A stretch of 64,000 nt of DNA. It comes from Lama guanicoe (lineage: Eukaryota). Shown piece after piece: positions 1 to 11,453 of the stretch. Each line of letters begins with the position of its first letter. Position 1 is the first letter of the stretch. The stretch lies in NCBI GenBank assembly GCA_013239625.1, contig MU055657.1, forward strand, positions 11,453,689-11,517,688, written 5' to 3'. The position numbers and the translations under genes are program-made. The notes under the pieces are model-generated. The model had not been told where the DNA came from, ran no database searches, and saw nothing but the letters and a program-made list of their open reading frames with translations.

Positions 1-664
1 TAGGAATCAGAAAATAGGTCATGATTAGATGATCTGGGGAAAAAATGATTTAAAAACTATTTTATAGACTGTTATATACAGGATATCCAAGAAGTTGAAA
101 GACTTTAGGACAAAATTAATTGGATTATCTATCATTCTGTAGACCTAAGCATAGTAATGGGAGTGTCTTTTATTTCTTTCAACAATTTAAGCAACTGCAT
201 AAATATGTTGAACAATATTTAAATTTGGGGGGACTTATTTTCCTCCTCTGTGAAGTGAAGGGTTACCTTCACATAGTCTCAAAAGTTTTTCTTTACTTTT
301 GATTCCGTAAATGATCAAGGGTAAGGGGCTAAAATTTTTAATAACAGAATCCACAGCTGGGGGTAAGAGTGAGCTTATTTAAAGGCCTAATCCTGCATGT
401 CTGCACCATTGTCAGGAGTGTCTGTGGCCTTATTTGCAGGAACTGGGCCAAATAGAAGGAAATAAAACCATAATGCAAATAACTCAACGGAATATGGTAT
501 CAGTGGGAAAATAAGATGCAAATAACTAAGAAAAAGGAATTTGATGGATGAAGCAATGGTCTCGTTGCTTAATCCATAAGCAACCTAATATAATATGCAT
601 TATGAACAACTTTCATATTCAGAGTGAACATATAAACTGTGCTCTGTTGTACATCATACCTAAG

Positions 665-895
665 ACCCAGTGAAAGAACAAAGGCTTTGTAGTTACAGAG
701 CTGAGATCATCCTCCAGCTCCTCCTCTTACTGTGTGGTCTTGGGCAAACTACTTAACCTTGCTGATTTTTAGCATCCATGTCCCTCAAAGGGCAATATTC
801 TGACTGTTGTAACAGTTTAATGGCATTGGATATTAACAAAGTTCATAATACAGAAACTGGAACTTAGTAGAGTTGAATAGATGATAGCTATTATC
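665..895 (+). mobile_element. MIR SINE relic
   Basis: Core-like 'cttactgtgtggtcttgggcaaactacttaacctt' and 3' 'tagtagagttgaatagatgatagctattat' resemble the MIR consensus. Confidence 0.6.
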
Positions 896-1754
896 AGACA
901 ATAATAAATAATGCATGGAACCCTGTCTGCTAAAGTGCTCCAATTCTAATAATACAGAATATAGAAAGGGAGTCATATAGGAAGGTAGTCAAGGAGTCAC
1001 GTGAACAGGTTGAAAATAGGTGCCAAACATACCAAAGAAGGTGAAGTTTCATCCATTCTTGGCATCCTATACTCAGCAATCCAAACTCCCAGGAGGTTCA
1101 GAGAAACGTTTAATTAGAAGGCTTCTGATGTAAAAGGTGAGAGGCTGGGAGGCTATCAGTGCTTTTTCCTCTATTGTAGACAACTCTGTTTGCTAAACCA
1201 GCAGCACCAGTGAAAACTCAGTGACAACTCAGTGACTCAGCCTGTGTAAAACTTGACCAAAAAGAGTCCTAAAATACAAGATTAGACTTTCTAGTGGATG
1301 TGAAAGTTATTGGCTCAAAGGGAATGATTTTCTTGAACCAATAGAAGACTATTGAAAGATTTGTCAGAAAATGGAAAAACAATTTCTCTTCTGCAGTTTC
1401 AGAGAGCACATTACAAAACATTCCCATCTAGGAATCAGTAATGTAACAAAAGAGCCTTTGCTTTACTCTAGGTAGACAACAAATACAATAGCAGTGATTT
1501 AATATAGCTGCATGCATGTCTTTCTCCTTTACTGACGTGACAAACAGATGATTTGTCATCTATCATGCTACCTGCTACTGTAAATGTACTGCTTTTGTAC
1601 TCTTTAAAATAACCCATTTGACATCATTTGTATGATATACTGATGCAGAACAAATTTGACATGGAAAGCAAATGACTATATATAACCTTCTATTGCAGAA
1701 GTCCATTTGGAGACTGAAATTTCCAGTAAAGAACTTTAATCAGTTTGTAATCCT

Positions 1755-1905
1755 GAGATACTGGAAATACAAGGGACTGTCTAGACCAACTTCCTCATCT
1801 CACAAATGAGGTAACTGAATCCCAGAAAAAAATGTGTTTTATACAGGGTCACACAACTACGCAAGAGCAAAACAGAGACAAAAGCCCAGACCTCTTGACT
1901 CCACA
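1755..1905 (-). mobile_element. MIR SINE relic
   Basis: 'cctcatctcacaaatgaggtaactgaatcccaga...gggtcacacaact...cccagacctcttgactcca' is an antisense MIR core. Confidence 0.65.
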
Positions 1906-2923
1906 GATGGCGTTCAAAACAGTGGGATGGCAAATCAATTTAAAGTAGATAGACCATTCCAAGAAATAACAGATCCATTTTAAAAAAACCTTCATGTAAT
2001 GTGAAAGGCAGCTCTGTAAGCAAATACTCAGAATCTTAATGAAATTAAGATGAGATTAATGAAAATTAATACCCAGACTAATGAAGACAGGCAGAAATTA
2101 CTAAACTAATAGTTAATATATGATAATCCTTTTCCCCACTTACTTTGTGTTGGCTTATTGGGGAATTTAACATTGTATGGGCGTTATTTACAGACACAGA
2201 CATCTTATAACTTTCATCCTAGGTCTTAAAGGATCTGGAAACGAACCACAATTGCCAAGAAGTAGAAGCGGAAACAAAAGTAAATATAAATGAGCAACCA
2301 TGTTAATTTGAGAAGACTTAGGCAAGAGCCCATGCATCAAAAATGAGTTTGAGAGCCAGGTGTTTTACAAACAGAAAGAATTCAGGCATCAAATCCAATT
2401 TTAATAATTCACTTTTTACAAACCAAAGGAAATTGTGTGCAAGGCAGTTTGCAGTGAGGTGGCCTGTCATTACTGAGAACACTTTATATTCACAGAAGGA
2501 TCATAGACAAAATCATGCCAAGAATCAATCTCTTTCAGGGTGGTATTGTAAAAGGATATAGCTGTAAAATCGATGCATTTGCCACAGTTATGTGTTTAAT
2601 TTGAATGCTGAGAAACTTTTTTAGGTATGAATTCTAGTTCCTCAGTTTAAAACTCCAATGGGAAAATGTCTGCAATAAAAGATATTGAGTCTATGACTGT
2701 CTCTATTTAGGCACCAAGTGTCACCAGCAGAGCAAACCATCCTCCAAGTTTCAGTCTCTTAGTGGCTGATAGCAATATCCATGGCTGAACTGATCGTGGG
2801 GTGAACCACACATACCCCTGAGAGAGCCAACAAGACTACTTCAGCATTGCTGTACGCATACATTTTACTCTAATAGTTACAACTTACAAAACCAAGAAAT
2901 TTACCGCTATCTGAGATTTTAAA

Positions 2924-2989
2924 GATATATATATATATATGTGTATATATATATATATATACATATATACACATATATATATATATATA
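2924..2989. repeat. (TA)n microsatellite with TG/CA interruptions
   Basis: Read directly. Confidence 0.95.
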
Positions 2990-3214
2990 TGCTTTACCTT
3001 AAGAAAGAAAACTCTAAGATTATATCTGATTCATTAAAATCTTGAAAACCAACATTATGAGCTACAAATATTATTTCCATATTCAGAGATCAGAATTTCC
3101 TTCAGTTTTTTAAGGAGTTCTTACATAAGAAATAATGTGTTTATTATAGAAAATTAGACAAAAAATGTATATATATATATATAAATTAAAAGAGAATGAA
3201 AATGAATTAGAAGA

Positions 3215-5270
3215 GACACAGTGAGAAGAAGGCAAGGATGTCTTATTTCTTTATATAATATTATATTTGAGATCCTAGCCAGTCTGGCTATAAGCCAAGA
3301 AAAAGAAAAGGCATTCCAATTGGAAAGAAAGATGTAAAACTTTCTTTGTTCATAAATGACATAATTTTGTACACAATAAATCCTAAGGAATCTATGGAAT
3401 AAATTATCAGAACTAAATCAATGAATATAACATAGTCACAGGATGCAAGGAAAATGTAAAAAAAATCATATTTCTATAAATCAACAACAATGTTTATGTT
3501 CCAATAAACAATTGGAAAAATAAAAACAATTTAAATGCCATTTAGAATGGTATTTAAAAATAAAGTACTTGGGATAATCTTAAAACACACGTACAAGACC
3601 TCAAAATAGAAAACTACAAAACACTGCTGAGAAAATGAATGAAGTCCTAAATAAGTAGAGACATATACCATGTCCATGGAGTGATTGACTCAAGGTTAAG
3701 ATATCAGTTCTCCCCCAATTGATTTATAGATTCAACACAATTTCAAAAAAAAATGTCATGAGACTTTTTTGAATTGACAAACTGCTTCTTATAATCACAT
3801 AGAAATGGAAAGGATCTAAAGTAGCTGAAAAGTTTTGAATATGAAGAACAAAGTCTGAAGATGTAAATCACCTGATTTTAACATTTACTATATAAAGCTA
3901 GTGTGATAGTAGCATAAAAATAGACATAAAAAGGGAACAAAATAGAGAATCCAAATATAGACCCATGTGTATCTGCTCAGTTTGGGGTGAGTTTTTTCAG
4001 GGAGAAGGGGTTTTGGGGAGAAGGTTTCTTTTTTTAACAAAATCACCAAGGTAATTTGGGGAAGAAAAAATGTATTTACAACAAATGATACTGAACAATT
4101 AGATATCGGTGTGGAAAAAAAGATGACTTTGACACTTACTTCACATTGCAGACAAAAATTAACTGCAGATGGATCATAAGCCTAAATATAAACATTAATA
4201 CTATAAAAACTTCTAGGAAAAAACATAAGCAAAACCCTTTGAAACCTTGAGAGACACAAATATTCTATAAATAGAACACACAAAACATGAAGCATTTTTA
4301 AGGGAGTGATTAATTAGAATTTTTAAAAATTTATAACTTTTACTCCTTAAGAAAAACCAGTAAGAAAGTGGAAAAGCCAAGTCAAAGACTGGAAAACTTT
4401 TTGGAATACATATAGCTTGCAAAGGACTTCTATCCAGAAGATATAAAAAAAAAACTCTTGCAACTTAATAAGAAGATAACACAATTAAAAAACAATGTGA
4501 GCAGGAGAATTGAATAGACACTTCAAAAAAACAACATATGTATGGCTAAGTACATGGAAGGGTGCTCAATGTCTTTAGTCATCAGGGAAAAGCTAATTAA
4601 AACATTAATGAGATACCACTATACACCACTACAATCATTAACATTAGGAAGACATAAGACCAGTTGTTGGCGTGAATGTGGAACAATTGCAACTCATGCA
4701 TTATTCATGGCAGTGTAAAATGGTATAATCACACTGGAGAATTTATTGGAGAATGTTTTGACCCAGCAATTGCACTGTCATGTATTTACCAAAGAGAAAT
4801 GAAAATGTGTGTTCACAAAAGACCTGAAATAAATATTCACAGAAGCTTTATTAATAATAACTGAAAAATAGAACAACCCGGATTTCCGTCAAGAGATGAA
4901 AGGATAAACTGTGATATATTCCACATAATGGGGTACTACTTAGTAATTAAAGAGAATGAATTACTGATACATGCAACAACATAGCTAAATCTCTAAATCA
5001 TTATGCAAAGCAAAATAAATCAGAATCAAAAGAGTACATACTGAAGAAGTCTATTTATATAAAATGTTAGAATATGCAAAACTGACTCAGAAAACAAATC
5101 AGTGGTTGCCTGGGGTGAGGAGTTAGGAGCTTGACTGCAAAGAAACGTGAGCAAACTTTTGTGTGTGTGTGTAGGAGGAGTTGATGAATTGTTCTAAATC
5201 TTTATCATGGTAGTGGTCACATGGGCTGATACATTTGTCAAAACTTAAAAGTATAATAGAACTTAAAAAC
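3215..5270 (+). mobile_element. Old LINE-1 (L1M, L1MC/ME-like), 3' part of ORF2 plus 3'UTR, degenerate
   Basis: Collinear L1 ORF2 landmarks: 'gaaggcaaggatg', 'aaaactacaaaacactgctgagaaaa', 'tttatagattcaacacaatt', 'tttactataaagcta', 'atgagataccactatacacc', 'acccagcaattgcact'. 3'UTR: 'atcagtggttgcctgggg...acatttgtcaaaact'. Confidence 0.92.
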
Positions 5271-5399
5271 CGACAAGCAAATAGAAGGTAAAAAAGGGAA
5301 ATTTTAGTAAGCCAACAAAAGTAGAGAAATGGAGATGGATGTATAAATCAAGTATATCACATACTCTGACATATTTTTAAAAGATATTCTGGCTTCTGT

Positions 5400-6640
5400 T
5401 TTAAGAAGAGACAGAAGAGGTAAAAGCAAATTTTCTTCCATATGTTCCTTATGTGTAGAAGTCTTCCCCTGCGCCCTTATCTTAAGTAGCCACACAATGA
5501 TGTGACTATATTACATAGAAAAAATTGCAAACAAACAGATAAATTATAGAATTAATGTGATTTTCGCAAGAGTTTTAGATACAAAAATCAATATATAAAA
5601 ATCAATTCTGTTTCTATCTAATAAATACTTGTAAGATATTTTTAAAATAGCATTTATTATAGCATCAAAATATTGTATACCTAGGGATCAATAAATTATA
5701 TTATTGAGAGAAATTAAATAAGACCTAAATAAGTGGAAGATTATAATCATTTTCATGAATTGGAAAACTCAGTGCTATGAAGATGTCAATTTTTTCAAAA
5801 TTTGTCTATGGATTCAAATTTCTACAGCTTTGGGTAGAAGTTGGCAACCTAAACTCCATAACAAAATGTGTAAGACCAAGAATAACCAAGATGAAGAACA
5901 AAAGTGGGAGTACTTACTCACCTAGACATACAGCTGCAGTAACTAAAACAGTGTGGTATTGCCTCAAGGATAGACAAATAAACCCATACAACTAGGTAAA
6001 GTATCCAGAAATGTCATTTACACATATCTGATGACTTTGTTTATGACAATGACAACACTGCCAAGCACCAGGGGAAGACAGAGTCTTCCAAAACAGAGTT
6101 CTAGCTCAATTGGCTATCCAATTGTAAAAGAGTGAAACTAGATTCCCTACCCGATGTCATACAGAAAAATCAATTTTAGGTAAAGTGAAGATCTAAATGT
6201 GAAATGCCAGACAAAGATCCTAGATGAAAATGTTTGCATATATCCCTAATATCTTGAGGTAGTTTTGACTGAATATAAAAAGTCCTAAGGAGAAAAGAAA
6301 GAGTTTGGTATGTTAGAATAAAATGAAATTAAGAATTCTATTGAAAGATCCCAATACAAAACAAGTAAATAGGCAAGTTACAGAAATGGAGAAGATATTT
6401 GTAACAATTATAACCCACAAAGGGCTCGTACACAGACTGAAGAGCTACTACAATTCATCATTGAAAAGACAGCCCTATAGACTTGAGAAGGGATTTCATC
6501 AAAAAAGATGGCCATTTGACCAATAAAGTTATGAACACTGTCCAACCTCAGCAGTAAATAAGAAAATGCAAGCTAAGATCATAAAATATCATCACTATAA
6601 ACCCACCAGTCTGACAAAAATTGAAAAGACTGATAACATT
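5400..6640 (+). mobile_element. Second old L1 ORF2 fragment covering the same 3' ORF2 interval
   Basis: 'gatacaaaaatcaatatataaaaatcaatt', 'aaattaaataagacctaaataagtggaaga', 'aaaacagtgtggtattg', 'gaaatggagaagatatttgtaa'. Confidence 0.85.
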
Positions 6641-6829
6641 TATTATACCACAATGATATTAATGTGATAATTCGCTAACCTGTGTTTTTTTTTAAAAGTA
6701 TTTATACATACATACATGTCCTTCACAATAAAAGTTACAATTAAATAAAAAATAAATTATATGCACCGGGTAGGGGAGGGGGTCAGAAATCAACATTATA
6801 AAGCTTTAAGAGAACAAGCAAAAACAGCC

Positions 6830-8560
6830 TAATGAATGCACAAATACCCAAACAATATTTGTAAAAAGTAGAGCTTTTTCCAAAAATTTTGTTCAACCAA
6901 TATTAATTTATTAATTTAGTTCAATTTCAATCAAAATTCTAATTTTGATGATTCTTTTTGTTGTTTTTGAGGAGAGGGAAAAAATTGTTCTAAAGTTTGT
7001 AGATAAAAGAAGTGTCTGTTATACAAAAGAAAATTATGAACAAAGAAAAGTGGTAAGGAGATATGTACCTTACCACCTATTTAAATTTACTATAAAGTTA
7101 TTAGAATCTCTGGCACTGACACAGAAATAGATAAATGCATTTGTGGAATAAAATGGAGAGTACAGAAATAAATCCACAAAAGTGACATTTTAATTCAGTG
7201 GGAAATAATTGGCTTATTAATACATGATCCTGGCATAATTGGCTATCTGTCTAGAAGAAAACAAGCTAGTTCATCTACCTCGCACCATATGCCAAAATGA
7301 ATTCCAGATGGATAAAATTTAAATGCAAAAATATTTTTCAAGTTTGTAAAAATTAGAAAATTAAGATATTCTCATAAACTTGAAGTAGAGAAAAACTTCC
7401 TATGCAAAACATAATTGCCAGAAATCATAAATAAGAAACATATTTTGACCTCATAAAATTAAAACATATTATATGACAAACTCACTATAAACAAAGTCAA
7501 AATAAAAATGATAAACTAGGGAAACATTTGCAGTTCCTGTGACAAAGGGCCACTACATCTAACAAACAAAAAGAATGCCTCAAATTTGAAAATAATTTTA
7601 AAAAAATAGACAAAAGCTATAAACAGGCAATTAACAGAAGATGAAGCCCAGTTGGCAATAAACTTCAAAAGATGCTTAGAGCAAAATTAAAGTAATATTT
7701 TTCACCTATATCAGCGAAAATAAGATTTTTGGCATTCGGCACAGATGAAGATATGGGAAAATGGGTGCTCCCGTATTTTATTGATGGGACTGTGAATTGC
7801 TCAAGCTCCTTACAGTAAGCAAACGTTAAAGAGGTCCAGCAATGCTATAAACATTCAAAATATACATTCCTTTTGAACTAAGCAATTTCACTTTGGAATT
7901 CTATCCTACAGAAGCAAAAGCATTAGTGCATGATGATAAATACAAGGATGATCACTGCAACTATTTTGTGAATATTAAAAAAAGGAAAAAGAAAAAACCC
8001 TGGAAATAAATGAATGTCATCAAGATAGATACAGTGAAATAGACTGTGGAATATACATTCTACATGTGGCTCTTGAAAAGGAAAAGAAAGGAAGAAGGAA
8101 ATGGGGAGTTGCTGATCTGCAGGTATAAAGTTGCAGTAATGCCAGATGAATAAGTCTTGAGATCTGGTGTCCAATGTCGTGCCTATAGATAACAACGGTA
8201 TATTGTATACTTAAATACCTGTTAAGAGGGCAGATCTTATGTTAAGTGTTCTTGCCACAGAAAAATAAAATTTTAAATTAAGAAAGGGAAAGAAAGGAAA
8301 GACAAAAAGGAAAGAAAAAGAAAAAGGAAAAGGAAAAGATAGATCAGTATTCACTTACAGGGATATCCAAGATATAGCCTATTTGCATGTGACTGAGTTA
8401 GTATGAGAATTTTTTTTTTTGTAAAAGAGCAGATGAGATCTTATAAATGTACATACACTTGTATAAGCACTGAAAAGCCATGGGACTTTAACATCCCACT
8501 TGCTTATTAATTTGAAACAACTGTGAATAAAAGGAATGAAAACAAATCTTTAAGTACATC
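6830..8560 (+). mobile_element. Third, more decayed L1 (L1ME-like) ORF2/3'UTR fragment
   Basis: 'aattggctatctgtctagaagaaa', 'tctacctcgcaccatatgccaaaatgaattccagatggataaa', 'agcaatttcactttggaattctatcctacagaa'. Confidence 0.75.
8090..8340 (+). mobile_element. Younger 5'-truncated L1MA/MB-type 3' end with purine-rich tail, nested in the L1ME fragment
   Basis: 'ggaaatggggagttgctg...gtataaagttgcagt...ttaagagggcagatcttatgttaagtgttcttgccaca', then AATAAA and a GAAA-type tail. Confidence 0.8.
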
Positions 8561-10964
8561 TTCGCATTGTTTCACTAATGTCAATGGATACATATTTTGT
8601 AATTACAGATTTTTATTAAAGTGCTCGTTTCTAGGGGAAAGAAACCAAGTATTTTCTAGAATAATTGTTGACTGATTCAAAATGGACATTTGACACTACT
8701 GACCTCACATATTCTCCCTCTTCCTTTAAGTTTTCTCTCACTTTTCTCTCCTAGATTTCCTTTTAACCTCATTGTCTCCTCTCAGTCTCTTCTGTTTTAG
8801 TGCACTTTCTCTATTCATTCTTGAAATAAATGATTTCTGCTAATTCTTTCCCATAGCCATTTCTCCCCACATGTCATGGTCTCCAATTCACTCATTCACC
8901 TATTTGTGATACCAAATCCATCTACAGTTCAGAAAAATAGATATGGAAATTGAAAACCTAAAATAAGGTGAGAGAATCTCTTAATGAATGTTGAATCACT
9001 AGCGGGAAGTATATGAAAGCACATGTTGAAATACCGAGAAGTAACCAGCCACCCCGGACTGAGCTTGTGGAGAGGAATCCTGGAGAAAGAGACACGGCTT
9101 TACCAGAGGAACAGAGAGGAGGGCTGGCATTCCTGATGCTGCAAAACATGGTTGCTTGTTGCCATTCATTCATTCTTTCCTTTTTTTTTCTAACAGCCTT
9201 CAGTTTTTAGATAAACTGAATGAATTATAAAGAAGACTGCCTATTGAACTAAAATTGTGCCAAAAAAATTTCCTCTTCTGAAAAACACAGAGAAGTAAAG
9301 ATGATGCCTAGCTGGTAAAAATGGATCAATAAAAAGTATTGACTTGGAATTCCAATCCAGGAGGAAAAACAAGAACATCATGTAAATGATACTCTGTTCT
9401 CCTCTAAGTTCCTGGCATTTATAGCCTTACTCATGTTATAGGACAAGTGCAGCCCCTAGTCTCGCACAGCCATGCGGATATGACAAGTGTAAAAACAAAG
9501 GGATCACAGGTAGTTGCACACATTTTCCATCCTTTTGTTTGATTAATTAGTTGATTATAAAATATTTGGTTATATATGTGGATTCTCATGGCTTGTTGGA
9601 GATGGTTTTCCTTAGGGGCTGGTTGGTTGTTTTTCTTCAAGGAGAAATGAAGATGTGTGGATTGGGAAATGGAGAGAAAAGAAGCATTAAAAGATGACTG
9701 CAACTTACAACTGCGCCGTTGGCACAGAAGAACCAGGCCCAGCTCTACAGACGTCTTCCCGCCCCATCACACCACGGAGCACGACTGCTACAGGAACAGG
9801 AAGCAGAGGGGAGAAGGCGTTAGAATCAGATAAGCCTCTTCTGCACTTTGGCTAGGTTATCTTCCAGTACACAGAAATCGTTTGCACATTAACATGAGAG
9901 AGGATATTATTATTTAGGAAACTTTGTCTTATAGGTAGCAGAATTGTAGACCAACAGAGAAGGTAACTGGAAGTTATCTTAGAAATATCTATCTCAGCTC
10001 TTTCCTTTTATAGATTAGATCAGAGCAGAGCAGCTAAATAAGGTGCTCAAGATCTCACAGCTACTAAGTAATCTTTCCTCTCCATAACTCTACCTCCCTA
10101 ATATAAGTCCTTTAAATAAGAAGCAAGCAAATGCTGAATTTCTCCAAGCATGAATTAAATTTTTTCTGAATATTTGTATAGTAGGAATGATGCTTTAAAT
10201 ATACAACAGGAAATTTTCTATTAAAAGAAACTCTTAAATGAATTATTTTTAATGTAAATAAATATGCTTTCATCAATATGCTTTTTAAATACTATTGTAT
10301 GTTTCTGAGAGAAGGAAGTACCTGTATTATATTCTTTAACCATGCCAGTGGAAAATCAATGCTCTTGTCACACAGCTAGAGAAATCACTGCAATGATTCC
10401 ATCAACTCTATCATTAATTACTGAGAAATATCTAATGTTTCTTTTCTACTAGCTCATATGTGCTTTTACCAATAAAGGAAATCTTGAGATTGTCCCATTA
10501 GAACCAGAGCAGCACATTTAACCAAGTTCAACTCCCCCCGGAAGTCCCATTAATTTTGACTTGCCTTCTGCTTCTCTACCTCCTATAGACCTTTCTTTGT
10601 CCCTCTGGGATTCTAATTTATTGACTATACTTTTTTGTCAGGTGCAGAGCACCACAGATTTCTCGGCATTCATGTCTGATCCACTGTTATTATAAATACT
10701 TCAGAGTCTTTCTTTATAACCCTTGTCAACCTTTCCCTACTACATTTCAATCTTCAGTGGTTATATTTCCAATCATACCTTAAATAAAAAAGAATATTCA
10801 GTTACGGTCTAAGAGAAGACACAACGTTTGTAAAGGAAAATAATTGAAACCACGTTGCGTTTTGAAGAAGGCAAGTGACCTATCAAAGCACATTCCCTCC
10901 TTCCCTATCTTTATCCAAGGGCTTGCTTTTCCTTTCAGTGGTTATAGGTCAGCTTCAACAACAT

Positions 10965-11100
10965 AATCATATCAATGCAACATTTTACTTTAACAAATAT
11001 TTCAGTGCCTGGTGTGTTGCAGGCACCGGAACATCATAGACAAGTGGGGCATGGCTGGTTGCCTAGAAGCACACAGTCCCACACAGGAAAGAGATAATCC
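10965..11100 (-). mobile_element. L2 3' end relic
   Basis: 'ttaacaaatatttcagtgcctggtgtgttgcaggcac' matches the antisense L2 terminus. Confidence 0.6.
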
Positions 11101-11405
11101 TGTTGCTGTATTTACAAGGTGGCCAGTTTCATGTCATGGGAAGTTTTAAGTTGTTCTTAAAATGAATATATGGAATAAAATACATGAATCATGTATAGAT
11201 GAGAAATTAGAACCCAAGAGGGATGATTACTTGCAGAGGAGAACTCTGCTTAGGAGATTCTTTGGTCATGACTGTCCTTAGCCACTGAAGATCAAACAAT
11301 TCTCGAATTAAATCCTCCCCCCTTGAAAATGCCAAGGTGTTCAGATTCTCTTTGTAATTCCCACCTACTACTTTCCCTGCCCCCTAGCTCCGTCCACCTC
11401 ACCAG

Positions 11406-11420
11406 GTGTGTGTGTGTGTG

Positions 11421-11452
<32 letters not shown>
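11406..11452. repeat. (GT)8-ATA-(CA)n compound microsatellite forming a 34-bp perfect palindrome
   Basis: 11406-11422 is the exact reverse complement of 11423-11439. Confidence 0.95.
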
Positions 11453-11453
<1 letters not shown>

